From the NCBI GenBank assembly GCA_963716275.1, contig CAVQTC010000011.1, forward strand, positions 24,901 to 88,900: 64,000 nt of DNA, in the 5' to 3' direction. A model generated the notes under the pieces. The model was not told the origin of the DNA. It ran no database searches and saw nothing but the letters and a program-made list of their open reading frames with translations. The position numbers and the translations under genes are program-made. The first letter of the stretch is position 1, and every line of letters starts with the position of its first letter. The DNA comes from an uncultured delta proteobacterium. GTDB lineage: Bacteria; Myxococcota_A; UBA9160; UBA6930. Below, piece after piece: positions 53,418 through 63,544 of the stretch.

Positions 53418-55586
53418 ATGGGGGTGGGGCTCGCCTTGCTCGGGGCCCTGGGCTGCAATCGCATCCAGGCCGAGCACGGGCCCGCGCCGAGCGGACCGAG
53501 CGTCCTGCTCGTCACGATCGACACCCTGCGCGCCGACCACGTGGGCGCGTATGGGGATGCGCAGGCGCACACGCCCACGCTCGACGCGCTCGCGGCCGGC
53601 GGCGCCACCTTCGAGCAGGCCATGGCGAGCGTGCCTCTCACGCTGCCTTCGCACACCTCCATCCTGACCGGCCTCTATCCGCCGCATCACGGCGTGCGAC
53701 ACAACGCGGTGTTCCGCCTGGACGAGTCCGTGGAGACGATCGCCGAGCGCTTCCAGAAGGGCGGCTACGCGACGGGGGCCGTGATCGGCGCCGACGTGCT
53801 CTCGCACTCCTTCGGCCTCGCGAAGGGCTTCGACCAGTACGACGACCACGTGGCGGGCGCGCGCGCCGGCGAGGCCGGCTTCGCCGAGCGCAAGGCGACG
53901 GCGGTGACCGACGCCGCGCTCGCGTGGCTCCTCCAGGAGCCGCGGCCCTTCTTCCTCTGGGTCCACTACTACGACGTGCACGCGAAGTACGATCCGCCCG
54001 AGCCCTATCGCAGCCAGGCCGGGAGGAGCCTCTACGACGGCGAGGTCGCCTACGTCGATCACGAGCTCGGCCGCGTGCTCGCCGCGCTGCGCGAGCAGGG
54101 CCGGCTCGCGAACACCGTCGTCGCGGTGACGGCCGATCACGGAGAGGGGCTGGGCGAGCACGGCGAGCCCAGCCACAGCTACCTGATCTACGACTCGGTG
54201 CTGCACGTGCCGTTGATCCTCCAGGGTCCGGGCGTTCCAGCGGGCGCGCGCATCGAGCGAGTCGTCTCGAACGTCGGGCTCGCGCCGACGCTGCTCGCGC
54301 TGGCCGGGCTCCCGGCCCTCGCTCGGCAGGACGTGGCCGATCTCGCGCCCAGCTGGCGAGGACAGGATCGCGAGCCGGGCTGGGCCTACGCCGAGACGCT
54401 CGCGGGCCAGCTCGACTTCGGCTGGGCGCCGATCTACGCGATTCGCAGCGAGCGCGAGAAGTGGATCCGCGCGCCGCGCAGCGAGTGGTACGACCTCGCG
54501 AGCGACCCGCACGAGCTCCACGACCTCTTGGCCGGCGGCGCCGCGCCGCGCGAGCGCGTCGCTGCGGCCGAGGGCCGACTCGCCAGCGTGCGCAAGGACG
54601 AGCGCGAGATCGCGACGCGCGAGGTCGACGCCGAGACGCGCGCGCACATCGAAGCCCTGGGCTACGCGATCCCCGGGGCGGGAGCCACGGGGGGTGAGCT
54701 CGACGGCGCGGACCCGAAGGACGTGCACAAAAAGGCGCGCCTCGGCGTCGACGCGCTCGCCGCCTACTTCGAGAAGCGCTACGCGGATGCCGAGCGCATC
54801 GCGCTCGAGGGCCTGCGCGCAATGCCGCGCAGCGTGCAGCTGAACGAGATCCTCGCGCGCCTCTATCTCGAGACGGGGCACTGGACCCAAGCGATTCCCT
54901 ACGCCGAGGCGACCGTGCGCTACCTGCCGAGCTGGCCGGGTCACCACGTGCAGCTCGGCCTCGCCTACCTGGGCACCGCCGACACCGAGCGCGCCGTGCA
55001 CTGCTTCGACGAGGCGCTGCGCCTCGATCCCGACAACGTGGGCGGCCACCTGGGCAGCATGTGGCGCGCGAAGCTCGGCCTCCCGGTGGAGGAGGCGGCG
55101 CAGCACGCCGCGCGCGCCCTCGAGCTCGCGCCCGACGACCCGCTCGTGGCCGACACGATCGGCGAGACCTGGGAGTCGCTCGGCCAGTACGACCGCGCGC
55201 TCGAGGTCTACGAGGGCGCGCTCGCGCGCTTCCCCAACGACCCGCGCGTGCACATGCGCCTCGCGATCCAGTACGCGCGCTTCGGCGACGGCGAGCGCTC
55301 CGCGGCGGAGCTCGCGAAGGCGGGCGCCCTCGCCCAGGACGCGCGCCTCGCGAGCCGGCTCGGCATCGTGTACGCGGCGCGCGGCGAGTACGCCCGGGCG
55401 GAGCCGCTCTTCCGGGCGATCCTTCAGCGCGAGCCGCGCTCGCGCGTGCGGCTCTACCTCGCGCGCCTGCTGCGGGAGACGGGCCGCGCGCCGGAGGCGG
55501 ACGCGCTGCTCGATGCGGCCGTCGAGGCGCCGGGTCCGACGCCCATCCTGGACGGCCTGATGCCGGAGGCTCGCCCGCGCGGCTAG
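53418..55586 (+). CDS. Sulfatase-like (alkaline phosphatase superfamily) lipoprotein with C-terminal TPRs
   Basis: Lipobox LGALG-C; VTIDTLRAD, LTLPSHTSILTG, ADHGE, HVPLI; TPR tail. Confidence 0.85.
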   Translation: MGVGLALLGALGCNRIQAEHGPAPSGPSVLLVTIDTLRADHVGAYGDAQAHTPTLDALAAGGATFEQAMASVPLTLPSHTSILTGLYPPHHGVRHNAVFRLDESVETIAERFQKGGYATGAVIGADVLSHSFGLAKGFDQYDDHVAGARAGEAGFAERKATAVTDAALAWLLQEPRPFFLWVHYYDVHAKYDPPEPYRSQAGRSLYDGEVAYVDHELGRVLAALREQGRLANTVVAVTADHGEGLGEHGEPSHSYLIYDSVLHVPLILQGPGVPAGARIERVVSNVGLAPTLLALAGLPALARQDVADLAPSWRGQDREPGWAYAETLAGQLDFGWAPIYAIRSEREKWIRAPRSEWYDLASDPHELHDLLAGGAAPRERVAAAEGRLASVRKDEREIATREVDAETRAHIEALGYAIPGAGATGGELDGADPKDVHKKARLGVDALAAYFEKRYADAERIALEGLRAMPRSVQLNEILARLYLETGHWTQAIPYAEATVRYLPSWPGHHVQLGLAYLGTADTERAVHCFDEALRLDPDNVGGHLGSMWRAKLGLPVEEAAQHAARALELAPDDPLVADTIGETWESLGQYDRALEVYEGALARFPNDPRVHMRLAIQYARFGDGERSAAELAKAGALAQDARLASRLGIVYAARGEYARAEPLFRAILQREPRSRVRLYLARLLRETGRAPEADALLDAAVEAPGPTPILDGLMPEARPRG

Positions 55587-55589
55587 GGC

Positions 55590-55684
55590 GGGGAACGCTC
55601 GTTGGCGACGTTTACGAATTCCGAAACCGACTCGGACACTTGCGAACGAGCGAAAGTTTCGTGAACTCGTCAACGAACGTCCCC
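55590..55684. repeat. GGGGACG-family palindromic element E5 (degenerate)
   Basis: Left ggggaacgctcgttggcgacgtttacgaa; right-arm reverse complement ggggacgttcgttgacgagttcacgaa; GTAG foot on the - strand. Confidence 0.8.
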
Positions 55685-55689
55685 TACCG

Positions 55690-56535
55690 ATGGCGAACGA
55701 CGACCAGCAGAAGTACTGGAACGAGCAGGGCGGCCCGGTCTGGGTCGCCAATCAGGAGCGGCTCGACGCGCAGATCCGCCCCCACGGCGAGCGCGGCCTC
55801 GCACGTCTCGACGCGCGGCCCGGCGAGCGCGTGCTCGACGTCGGCTGCGGCTGCGGCGAGACGTCGCTCGAGATCGCGCGGCGCGTGGGGCCCTCGGGCC
55901 GCGTGCTGGGCGCCGACATCTCCGCCCCCATGCTCGGGCGCGCGCGCGAGCGCGGTCAGGCGGCGGGGCTCGCGCAGCTCTCCTTCGAGCAGGCCGACGC
56001 GCAGACGCATCGCTTCGAGCGCGCCGCCTTCGACGCGCTCTTCTCGCGCTTCGGTGTGATGTTCTTCGAGGATCCGCCCGCCGCCTTCGCGAACCTCCGC
56101 AACGCCCTGCGGCCGGGGGCGCGCCTCGTCTTCGTTTGCTGGCAGCCGATCGGCGCGAACCCCTGGCTGGGCATCCCGATGGGGGCGCTGAGCGCGCTCC
56201 TCCCGCCGGCGCCGCCTCTCCCCGAAGGTGCGCCCGGGCCCTTTGCGTTCGGCGACCCGGCTCGCGTGGAGAAGATCCTCACGACGGCCGGCTTCGCCGA
56301 GGTGGCGCTCCGCGGCGAGCAGCTCCCGATCGGCTTCCCGAGCATCGAGGAGGCGGCGCGCTTCATGATCGAGTTGGGGCCGGCGGGGGCCGCGCTGCGC
56401 CAGGCCGGCGCCGACGAGGCGCTCCGGGCGCGAGCGCTCCAGGCCCTGCGCGACGCGCTCGCGCCGCATTCCCCGGGCGGGGTTCCCAAGCTGGGCTCCG
56501 CCGTCTGGGTGGTCAGCGCCCGCAACCCGAGCTAG
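55690..56535 (+). CDS. Class I SAM-dependent methyltransferase
   Basis: VLDVGCGCG, ADAQ, FSRFGVMFFEDP, LRPG. Confidence 0.9.
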   Translation: MANDDQQKYWNEQGGPVWVANQERLDAQIRPHGERGLARLDARPGERVLDVGCGCGETSLEIARRVGPSGRVLGADISAPMLGRARERGQAAGLAQLSFEQADAQTHRFERAAFDALFSRFGVMFFEDPPAAFANLRNALRPGARLVFVCWQPIGANPWLGIPMGALSALLPPAPPLPEGAPGPFAFGDPARVEKILTTAGFAEVALRGEQLPIGFPSIEEAARFMIELGPAGAALRQAGADEALRARALQALRDALAPHSPGGVPKLGSAVWVVSARNPS

Positions 56536-56563
56536 CCGCAGCCGCATAGCGCGCGAGAGCGGC

Positions 56564-56637
56564 TGGATCCCCGGCGAGGATTCGAACCTCGACAAACAGG
56601 TTCAGAGCCTGTGGTCCTACCGTTAGACGACCGGGGA
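56564..56637 (-). tRNA. tRNA-Gln (CTG)
   Basis: TCCCCGG/CCGGGGA acceptor stem, ACAGG-CTCTGAA-CCTGT anticodon arm, GGTTCGAATCC, CCA. Confidence 0.95.
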
Positions 56638-56711
56638 ACGGCGCGCGAAACTTAGAAGACGTGGCGGGAGCGCGCCGCTCCGCTATCGGAGCGCAACCCC
56701 GCGACGAGGCT

Positions 56712-56883
56712 CCTGAGTCCCCCGAGTCAGAAGTACGCCGAGATTCGGCCGCCGATCCATCCCCGCCGGCTGCGTTTCGCGCCCTGCGGCGTAGGATGCA
56801 GTTACGCCTCGGTCGCGCGCCTTGCCGGCGGGGCGTCTCGGCGGCCTCGGTCATGCGGCGTACTTCCGACTCGGGGGACTAGG
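56712..56883. other. ~170-nt rod-like inverted repeat (candidate structured RNA or MITE-like element)
   Basis: Nested stems 56716-56740/56856-56880, 56747-56755/56838-56846, 56761-56770/56824-56833 and 56788-56793/56803-56808. Confidence 0.7.
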
Positions 56884-57449
56884 TGAGGCTGGCGATCGAA
56901 CCGCTGACGGAGACCCCGAGCGCATTCCATTTCGGAGCGTCGCCGCAGTGGTTCGCCGAGCGCTTCCCCGGAGCGGGCCATGCCGGAGACGTCCTCAGCG
57001 AGGAGCTCCAGGTGGATGGCCGCGCCTACCGGGCCGGCGCGGACGCGATCCTCGAGGGGGAGGTCCGGGGGGTGGTCGAGCTCGCGTGCAGCCGATGCCT
57101 CACCCGCTATCGTGCGCCCGTCCGCGAGCCGTTCCGCCTCGTGCTCGAGCCGGCCGGAGCCCGGGTGCCCGCCGATCCGGAGGGCGCGCTCGCCCTCTCC
57201 GAGGATGGGGTGTACCTGAGCGACGAGCCCGAGGCGGGGTGGTATCGCGGGACGGAGATTCGTCTGGATCGCTTCATCGGGGAGGTCATCTCGCTCGCTC
57301 TGCCGGTGCAGCCCCTGTGTCGGGAGAGCTGCAAGGGGCTGTGCCCCCGGTGCGGCGTGGATCGCAACCTCGAGACGTGCAACTGTGCGGAGATCCGAGC
57401 CGAGTCCCCGTTCGCCATCCTGCGCAAGTTGCGCGACCGGTCTTCCTAG
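56883..57449 (+). CDS. yceD: DUF177/YceD family protein
   Basis: CSRCL, LPVQPLCRESCKGLCPRCG.DRN...CNC; directly upstream of rpmF. Confidence 0.9.
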   Translation: MRLAIEPLTETPSAFHFGASPQWFAERFPGAGHAGDVLSEELQVDGRAYRAGADAILEGEVRGVVELACSRCLTRYRAPVREPFRLVLEPAGARVPADPEGALALSEDGVYLSDEPEAGWYRGTEIRLDRFIGEVISLALPVQPLCRESCKGLCPRCGVDRNLETCNCAEIRAESPFAILRKLRDRSS

Positions 57450-57479
57450 CCCAGAACGCAAGCCCAGTCGGAGAGCACG

Positions 57480-57665
57480 ATGTCCGCCGTCCCGAAGCGT
57501 CGAGTCTCGAAGTCGCGCAAGAACAAACGGCGCAGCCACCACTTCCTCGCCACGCCGGCCAGCGCCGCCTGTCCGCAGTGCGGGGAGCCGCGCGCTCCGC
57601 ATCGGGTGTGCCGCTTCTGCGGCACGTACAAAGGCCGGCAGACCCTGAAGGTCGCCGACGAGTAA
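57480..57665 (+). CDS. rpmF: 50S ribosomal protein L32
   Basis: AVPKRRVSKSRKNKRRSH...CPQCG...PHRVCRFCG.YKGR. Confidence 0.96.
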   Translation: MSAVPKRRVSKSRKNKRRSHHFLATPASAACPQCGEPRAPHRVCRFCGTYKGRQTLKVADE

Positions 57666-57672
57666 GTCGGGC

Positions 57673-58614
57673 GTGCTGGCGCTCCTCTTTCCGGGTCAGG
57701 GCTCGCAGGCCGTCGGCATGGGCCGCGACGTCGTGGAGGCGTCGCCGGCCGCGCGCGCGACCTTCGAGGCCGCCGACCGCGCGCTCGGCATCGCGCTGTC
57801 CACGCTCTGCTTCGCCGGACCGGAGGAGGAGCTGCGCCGCACGGAGATCCAGCAGCCCGCGATCCTCACCACGAGCATCGCCCTGCTGCGCGCCCTCGAG
57901 GAGCGCGGGCCGCTCGCGGCGCGCTACGTGCTCGGGCACAGTCTGGGCGAGTACTCGGCGCTCGTGGCGGCGGGGGCGATCGGCTTCGAGGACGCCGTGA
58001 CGCTCGTCGCGGCGCGCGGGCGGTTCATGCAGGAGGCGGTCCCCGCCGGCCGGGGCGCCATGGCGGCGCTGATGGGTCTCGAGCCCGATGCGGTCGACGA
58101 GGCCTGCAAGCTCGCGCAGGAGGCCACCGGCAACGTCGTCGCGTCGGCCAACTACAACTCGCCCCAGCAGACCGTGATCGCGGGCGAGACGTCGGCCGTG
58201 GAGCGCGCGATCGTGCTCGCGAAGGAGCGCGGCGCGAAGCGCGCCGTCCCCCTCGCGGTGTCCGCCCCCTTCCACTGCGAGCTGATGCGGCCCGCCGCGG
58301 AGAAGCTCGCCGTGGAGCTCGCGCGCGTGCGCTTTTCTGATCCGCGCGTGCCCGTGGTGACCAACGTCGAGGCGGAGCCCAACCAGCGCGGCGACCGCAT
58401 CGCGGGCCTGCTCGAGCGCCAGGTGACGGCGCCGGTGCGCTTCGCGGAATCCGTCCGGCGACTCGCCGCCCTGGGCGTCACGCGCGTGCTCGAGATCGGG
58501 CCGGGGTCGGTGCTCACGGGGCTGGTGGCGCGCATCGAGCGGGGCCTCGAGCGCGCCAACCTGGGCACGCTCGAGGAGTTGCAGGCAGCGGCGGCGCGCG
58601 AGTCCGGGGCGTAG
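57673..58614 (+). CDS. fabD: Malonyl-CoA-ACP transacylase
   Basis: FPGQGSQ..GMG, GHSLGEY, ANYNSP.Q, VSAPFH. Confidence 0.95.
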   Translation: MLALLFPGQGSQAVGMGRDVVEASPAARATFEAADRALGIALSTLCFAGPEEELRRTEIQQPAILTTSIALLRALEERGPLAARYVLGHSLGEYSALVAAGAIGFEDAVTLVAARGRFMQEAVPAGRGAMAALMGLEPDAVDEACKLAQEATGNVVASANYNSPQQTVIAGETSAVERAIVLAKERGAKRAVPLAVSAPFHCELMRPAAEKLAVELARVRFSDPRVPVVTNVEAEPNQRGDRIAGLLERQVTAPVRFAESVRRLAALGVTRVLEIGPGSVLTGLVARIERGLERANLGTLEELQAAAARESGA

Positions 58615-58673
58615 GTTAGGAGCCGGGCCTTGGGGCCGGGCTGCCAGGAGGCGAGATCGTGGAGACGAAGGAA

Positions 58674-58910
58674 ATGCCTCTCGAGAAGCGGGTCGAGGAG
58701 ATCATCATCGAGCAGCTCGGGGTGACGGCCGAGGAGGTCGTGCCCGAAGCGTCCTTCATCGACGATCTCGGCGCGGATTCCCTCGACATCGTCGAGCTCG
58801 TGATGGCCATGGAAGAGGAGTTCGACATCGAGATCCCCGACGAGCACGCCGAGCGCCTGCAGACGATCGGGTCGGCGATCGTCTACTTGAAGGAACGCCT
58901 GGAGGCATGA
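58674..58910 (+). CDS. acpP: Acyl carrier protein
   Basis: [21 protein letters not shown]. Confidence 0.96.
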   Translation: MPLEKRVEEIIIEQLGVTAEEVVPEASFIDDLGADSLDIVELVMAMEEEFDIEIPDEHAERLQTIGSAIVYLKERLEA

Positions 58911-60169
58911 GCGCCGCGCCCTCGGCGGCCGAGCAGGAGGTCGTCGTCACGGGCCTGGGCTGCGTCTCCCCGCTCGGGGTCACGGCCGAGGCCACCTGGC
59001 AAGCGCTGATCGCCGGCGCCTGCGGCGTGGGGACGCTTCCGCCGGAGTTCGACGAGCGGCTGCCGGTGCGCATCGCCGCGCGCGTGACCGGCGAGCTCGA
59101 CCCGGGCCCCATCCCCGCCAAGGAGCTGCGCCGCCTCGACCGGGGGATCCTGCTGGCGCTGGCGGCCGCGCGAGAGGCGATCGCGGAAGCGGGCTTGGGT
59201 CAAGCCGCCGAGGCGATCGACCGCGACCGCGTCGGCGTCGCGATCGGCACCGGCATCGGCGGCATCCACACGCTCGTGCAGAACGATCGCCTCTACGTGG
59301 AGCGCGGCCCGAGCCGCGTCTCGCCCTTCTTCGTCCCGATGACGCTCGCGAACATGCCGGCGGGCCTGATCGCGATCCATCACGGCCTGCGCGGCCCCAA
59401 CCTCTGTCACGTGACCGCCTGCGCGAGCGGTGCGCACGCGATCGGGGAGGCGCTGCGGCTGCTCCAGCGCGGCGATGCCGATGCCATGGTGGTGGGCGCG
59501 ACCGAGGCGGCGATCATCGAGGTGGTGATCGCGGGCTTCGCGAACATGCACGCCCTCTCGCGCCGCAACGACGCGCCGGAGCGGGCGAGCCGGCCCTTCG
59601 ACTCCGACCGAGACGGCTTCGTGCTGGGCGAGGGCGCGGCGGTGCTGGTCTTGGAGCGCGCCGCCCACGCGCGCGCCCGCGGCGCCCGCGTGCGGGCGCG
59701 GCTGCTCGGCTACGGCGCCTCGGCCGACGCCGCCCACATGGCCGCCCCGGACGCTGCGTCGGGGGGCGCGCTGCGCTGCATGCGCGCGGCCATCGCGAGC
59801 GCCGGCCTCGCGCCCGAGGACGTGGACTACGTGAACGCGCACGCCACCGGGACGCCGGCGGGCGATGGCGTCGAAGCCCAGGCGATCCGGACGCTGTTCG
59901 GCGCCCACACGGATCGCTTGCCGGTCTCCTCGACCAAGGGCGCCACCGGCCACCTGCTCGGGGCGGCGGGGGCGCTCGAGGCGCTGGCCTCGGTGCGCGC
60001 CCTGGAGACCGGTACACTGCCTCCGACGCTGAATTTGGATCGCCCCGATCCCGAGTGCGCGCTCGATCACGTCGCGGGCAAGGCTCGCGGCGCGCGGGTG
60101 CGCGTGGCGCTCTCGAACTCGTTCGGGTTCGGGGGCGTGAACGCAGCGCTCGTGTTCGGGGCCGCCTAG
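58907..60169 (+). CDS. fabF: 3-oxoacyl-ACP synthase II
   Basis: [50 protein letters not shown]. Confidence 0.95.
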   Translation: MSAAPSAAEQEVVVTGLGCVSPLGVTAEATWQALIAGACGVGTLPPEFDERLPVRIAARVTGELDPGPIPAKELRRLDRGILLALAAAREAIAEAGLGQAAEAIDRDRVGVAIGTGIGGIHTLVQNDRLYVERGPSRVSPFFVPMTLANMPAGLIAIHHGLRGPNLCHVTACASGAHAIGEALRLLQRGDADAMVVGATEAAIIEVVIAGFANMHALSRRNDAPERASRPFDSDRDGFVLGEGAAVLVLERAAHARARGARVRARLLGYGASADAAHMAAPDAASGGALRCMRAAIASAGLAPEDVDYVNAHATGTPAGDGVEAQAIRTLFGAHTDRLPVSSTKGATGHLLGAAGALEALASVRALETGTLPPTLNLDRPDPECALDHVAGKARGARVRVALSNSFGFGGVNAALVFGAA

Positions 60170-60191
60170 CGACCGAGAAAGGGATGGAGCC

Positions 60192-61895
60192 ATGGCCGAG
60201 CCGATCGCCCTCGCCAGCGACCACCGCGGCTACGCGCTGAAGCAGGCGCTGCGCGCCCGGCTCGAGGCCGCGGGCTACGAGGTGAACGACTACGGCACGC
60301 AGGGCACGGCGTCGGTCAACTACCCCGAGTTCGCGGCACCGGCGGCGCGCGCGGTCTCCGAGGGCGCGGCGGCGCGCGGCATCGTGATCTGCGGCACCGG
60401 GCTCGGCGTCGCCTACACCGCGAACCGCTTCCCGCGCGTGCGCGCGGCGCTGGTGCACGACGTCGAGACCGCGGAGCTCGCGCGCCGGCACAACGACGCC
60501 AACGTGCTCGCGCTCTCCGGCGACCGCCTCGATCCCGACAGCGCCTGGGCGATCGTGCAGCGCTGGCTCGAGACGCCTTTCGAGGGCGGGCGCCACGCGC
60601 TGCGCGTGCAGGAGATCGACACGCTCACGCAGACGCACGATGCGGCGCTGCGCGCGACCGACCCCGCGATCGCCGGCATCCTGCAGCGCGAGGCCCAGCG
60701 CCAGGCCGAGGGCCTCGAGCTGATCGCCTCCGAGAACTTCGTCTCCGAAGCGGTGCTCGAGGCGGTGGGCTCTGTCGCCACCAACAAGTACGCCGAAGGC
60801 TACGTCGGCAAGCGCTACTACGGCGGCTGCGAGGTGCTCGACGAGGCCGAGACCCTCGCGATCGAGCGCGCGAAGCGGCTGTTCGGTAGCGACCACGTGA
60901 ACGTGCAGCCGCACTCGGGCTCCCAGGCGAACCAGTTCATCTACAACGCGGTGCTGCAGCCGGGCGACACCATCCTCGCCATGAATCTCGACCACGGCGG
61001 CCACCTGACGCACGGCAACCCCGCGAACTTCTCGGGCAAGACGTACAAGATCATCCCCTACGGCGTGACGAAGGAGAGCGAGCGCATCGACTACGACGCG
61101 CTGCGCGAGCTCGCGCGCGCCCACCGGCCGAAACTGATCCAGTGCGGCGCCACCGCGTACTCGCGCGTGATCGACTTCGCCGCGTTCCGCGCCATCGCCG
61201 ACGAGGTGGGCGCGCTCGTCTTCGCGGACATCGCGCACATCGCGGGCTTGGTCGCCGCGGGCCTGCACCCGAGCCCGGTGGGTCACGCCCAGCTGATCGG
61301 GACGACCACCCACAAGACGCTGCGCGGCCCGCGCGGCGGAATGATCCTGTGCGACCGCGAGTTCGCGAAAGCAGTGGACAGCGCAGTCTTCCCGGGCGGG
61401 CAGGGCGGCCCGCTCATGCACGTGATCGCCGGCAAGGCGGTGGCGTTCCAGGAGGCGCTGCAGCCGGCCTTTCACGACTACGCGCGCCAGATCATCGCCA
61501 ACGCGCGCGCGCTCGCCGACGAGCTCGCGGGCCACGGCCTGCGGATCGTCTCGGGCGGCACCGACAACCACCTGTTCCTGCTGTCGCTCGTGGGTCGCCC
61601 GTTCTCGGGCAAGAAAGCCCAGGACGTCCTCGACCACGCGGGCATCACCACCAACAAGAACATGGTGCCCTTCGACCCGCGCACGCCCTTCGTGACCTCG
61701 GGCCTGCGCCTCGGCACGCCCGCGCTCACCACGCGCGGCATGCGCGAGGGCGAGATGCGCGAGATCGCCGGCCTGATCGCGCGCGTGCTCGAGCGCCCCG
61801 CGGACGAGGCGGTCCAGGGGGCCGTGCGCGCCGAGGTGCGCGCGCTGTGCGCGCGCTTCCCGCTCTACCCCGGGCGCTGGCGCCGACAACCCTGA
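60192..61895 (+). CDS. glyA: RpiB::GlyA fusion (ribose-5-phosphate isomerase B + serine hydroxymethyltransferase)
   Basis: ASDHRG..LK, ICGTGLG, HNDAN, FEGGRH, then [32 protein letters not shown] in one ORF. Confidence 0.93.
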   Translation: MAEPIALASDHRGYALKQALRARLEAAGYEVNDYGTQGTASVNYPEFAAPAARAVSEGAAARGIVICGTGLGVAYTANRFPRVRAALVHDVETAELARRHNDANVLALSGDRLDPDSAWAIVQRWLETPFEGGRHALRVQEIDTLTQTHDAALRATDPAIAGILQREAQRQAEGLELIASENFVSEAVLEAVGSVATNKYAEGYVGKRYYGGCEVLDEAETLAIERAKRLFGSDHVNVQPHSGSQANQFIYNAVLQPGDTILAMNLDHGGHLTHGNPANFSGKTYKIIPYGVTKESERIDYDALRELARAHRPKLIQCGATAYSRVIDFAAFRAIADEVGALVFADIAHIAGLVAAGLHPSPVGHAQLIGTTTHKTLRGPRGGMILCDREFAKAVDSAVFPGGQGGPLMHVIAGKAVAFQEALQPAFHDYARQIIANARALADELAGHGLRIVSGGTDNHLFLLSLVGRPFSGKKAQDVLDHAGITTNKNMVPFDPRTPFVTSGLRLGTPALTTRGMREGEMREIAGLIARVLERPADEAVQGAVRAEVRALCARFPLYPGRWRRQP

Positions 61896-61914
61896 CGGGA
61901 GAGCCGAGAGCGCG

Positions 61915-62391
61915 GTGCGCTGCCCTTACTGCAACGACCTCTCGAATCGGGTGATCGACTCTCGCTTGACGCGCGAGGGCGAGGAGATCCGCCGGCGCCG
62001 GGAGTGCGAGGAGTGCGGCCGGCGCTTCACCACGCGCGAGCGCGTCGAGAACCTCGTGCCCAAGATCATCAAGCGCGACGAGCGGCGCGAGGAGTACGAC
62101 CGCAAGAAGCTCGAGCAGTCGATCCAGAGAGCCTGCGTGAAGCGGCCGATCTCCGAGAACGCGATCCAGCGCATGGTGGACCGCGTGGAGCGCCAGCTCA
62201 CCGAGAGCGGCGACGCCGAGGTCTCCTCGCGCGCGGTGGGCGACCTCGTGCTCTCGGAGCTGCGCGCGCTCGACCCGCTCGCCGCCGCGCGCTTCGCCTC
62301 GGTATTCCGCGATTGGACGAGCGCCGCCGACTACGAGGCCTTCTTCGCCACGTTCGGCGCGCCCGGCTCCGACTCCGACCCGCCGGACTGA
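61915..62391 (+). CDS. nrdR: Transcriptional repressor NrdR
   Basis: CPYC...VIDSR...IRRRRECEEC..RFTT.E, ATP cone, RFASV. Confidence 0.95.
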   Translation: MRCPYCNDLSNRVIDSRLTREGEEIRRRRECEECGRRFTTRERVENLVPKIIKRDERREEYDRKKLEQSIQRACVKRPISENAIQRMVDRVERQLTESGDAEVSSRAVGDLVLSELRALDPLAAARFASVFRDWTSAADYEAFFATFGAPGSDSDPPD

Positions 62392-62398
62392 AGCGCGC

Positions 62399-63514
62399 GT
62401 GCAGCCCGAGGCCGCCATGGCGCGCGCGCTGGCGCAGGCGAGGCGCGCATCCGGGCGCACCTTCCCGAACCCGCCCGTCGGCGCGGTGGTGCTGCGCGGC
62501 GAGCGCGTGCTGGGAGCCGGCTTCACCCAGCCCGCTGGCGGGCCCCACGCCGAGGTGGTCGCGCTCGCGCGCGCTGCGCGGCGCCACGGCGAGCGCGCCC
62601 TGCGCGGCGCCACGCTCGCGGTCACGCTCGAGCCGTGCTGCCACCACGGGCGCACCCCGCCCTGCACGAGCGCGATCCGCAGCGCGGGGCTCGCGCGCGT
62701 CTGGATCGGACAGCGCGACCCGAATCCGCTGGTGGCCGGGCGCGGCATCCGCGAGCTGCGCCGCGCAGGGCTCGAGCTCCGCGTCGGCATCCGCGAGGCG
62801 GAGTGCGCCGAGCAGCACCGCGGCTTCAGCTCGGTGCAGGAGCGCGGCCGCCCCTGGCTCGCGCTGAAGATCGCCGCCACGCTCGACGGCCGCATCGCCA
62901 CCGCGGGCGGCGAGTCGCGCTGGATCACCGGTCCGGCGGCGCGCGCGCTGGTGCACCGCCTGCGCGGCGAGGCGGACGCCGTGATGATCGGCTCCGCCAC
63001 CGCGCGCAGCGACGATCCCGCGCTCACGGTACGGCGCGGCCGGGCGGCGCCCCGGGCGCCGCTGCGCCTGCTGGTCGACTCGGGCCTGAAGGCGCCGGCC
63101 AGCCTGCGCCTGTTCCGCGACGCGTTCGCCGAGCGCACCTGGCTGCTGACCGCGCGCGGACATCCGGCGCGGGCCCTCGCGGCCCGGCGCGCGCGCGGCG
63201 CGCGCGTGCTCGAGCTTCCGCGCCAGGGCGGCCACCTCCTGCTGGCGCGCGCCCTCGCGCAGCTCGCGCGGGAGGGCTTGACCCACGTGCTGGTGGAGGG
63301 CGGCGGTGGGCTCGCGGCGGCGCTGCTGCGCGCGCGCCTGGTGGACGAGATCCACTGGTTCGCGGCCCCGAGCCTGTTGGGGGGCGACGCGCGCCCGGCC
63401 CTCGCGGAGCTCGCGATCGCGCGCCTCGCCGGGCGGATCGGCCTCGCCGTGAAGCAGGTGCGCCGCGTCGGTCCGGATCTGTACGTTCACGCCATCGTCC
63501 GGCGCGAGCGCTGA
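62399..63514 (+). CDS. ribD: Riboflavin biosynthesis deaminase/reductase RibD
   Basis: PNPPVG, HAEV, TLEPC.H.GRTPPC, DGRIA...ESRWIT, VEGG. Confidence 0.95.
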   Translation: MQPEAAMARALAQARRASGRTFPNPPVGAVVLRGERVLGAGFTQPAGGPHAEVVALARAARRHGERALRGATLAVTLEPCCHHGRTPPCTSAIRSAGLARVWIGQRDPNPLVAGRGIRELRRAGLELRVGIREAECAEQHRGFSSVQERGRPWLALKIAATLDGRIATAGGESRWITGPAARALVHRLRGEADAVMIGSATARSDDPALTVRRGRAAPRAPLRLLVDSGLKAPASLRLFRDAFAERTWLLTARGHPARALAARRARGARVLELPRQGGHLLLARALAQLAREGLTHVLVEGGGGLAAALLRARLVDEIHWFAAPSLLGGDARPALAELAIARLAGRIGLAVKQVRRVGPDLYVHAIVRRER

Positions 63515-63544
63515 CGCGCGCGCGGGTTGCGGAGTGGTGCGGCG

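Noticed and set aside
48146-56563. Genomic island between tRNA-Glu and tRNA-Gln
   Set aside because: No integrase, no duplicated tRNA 3' end, and core-type pil genes with host-like composition
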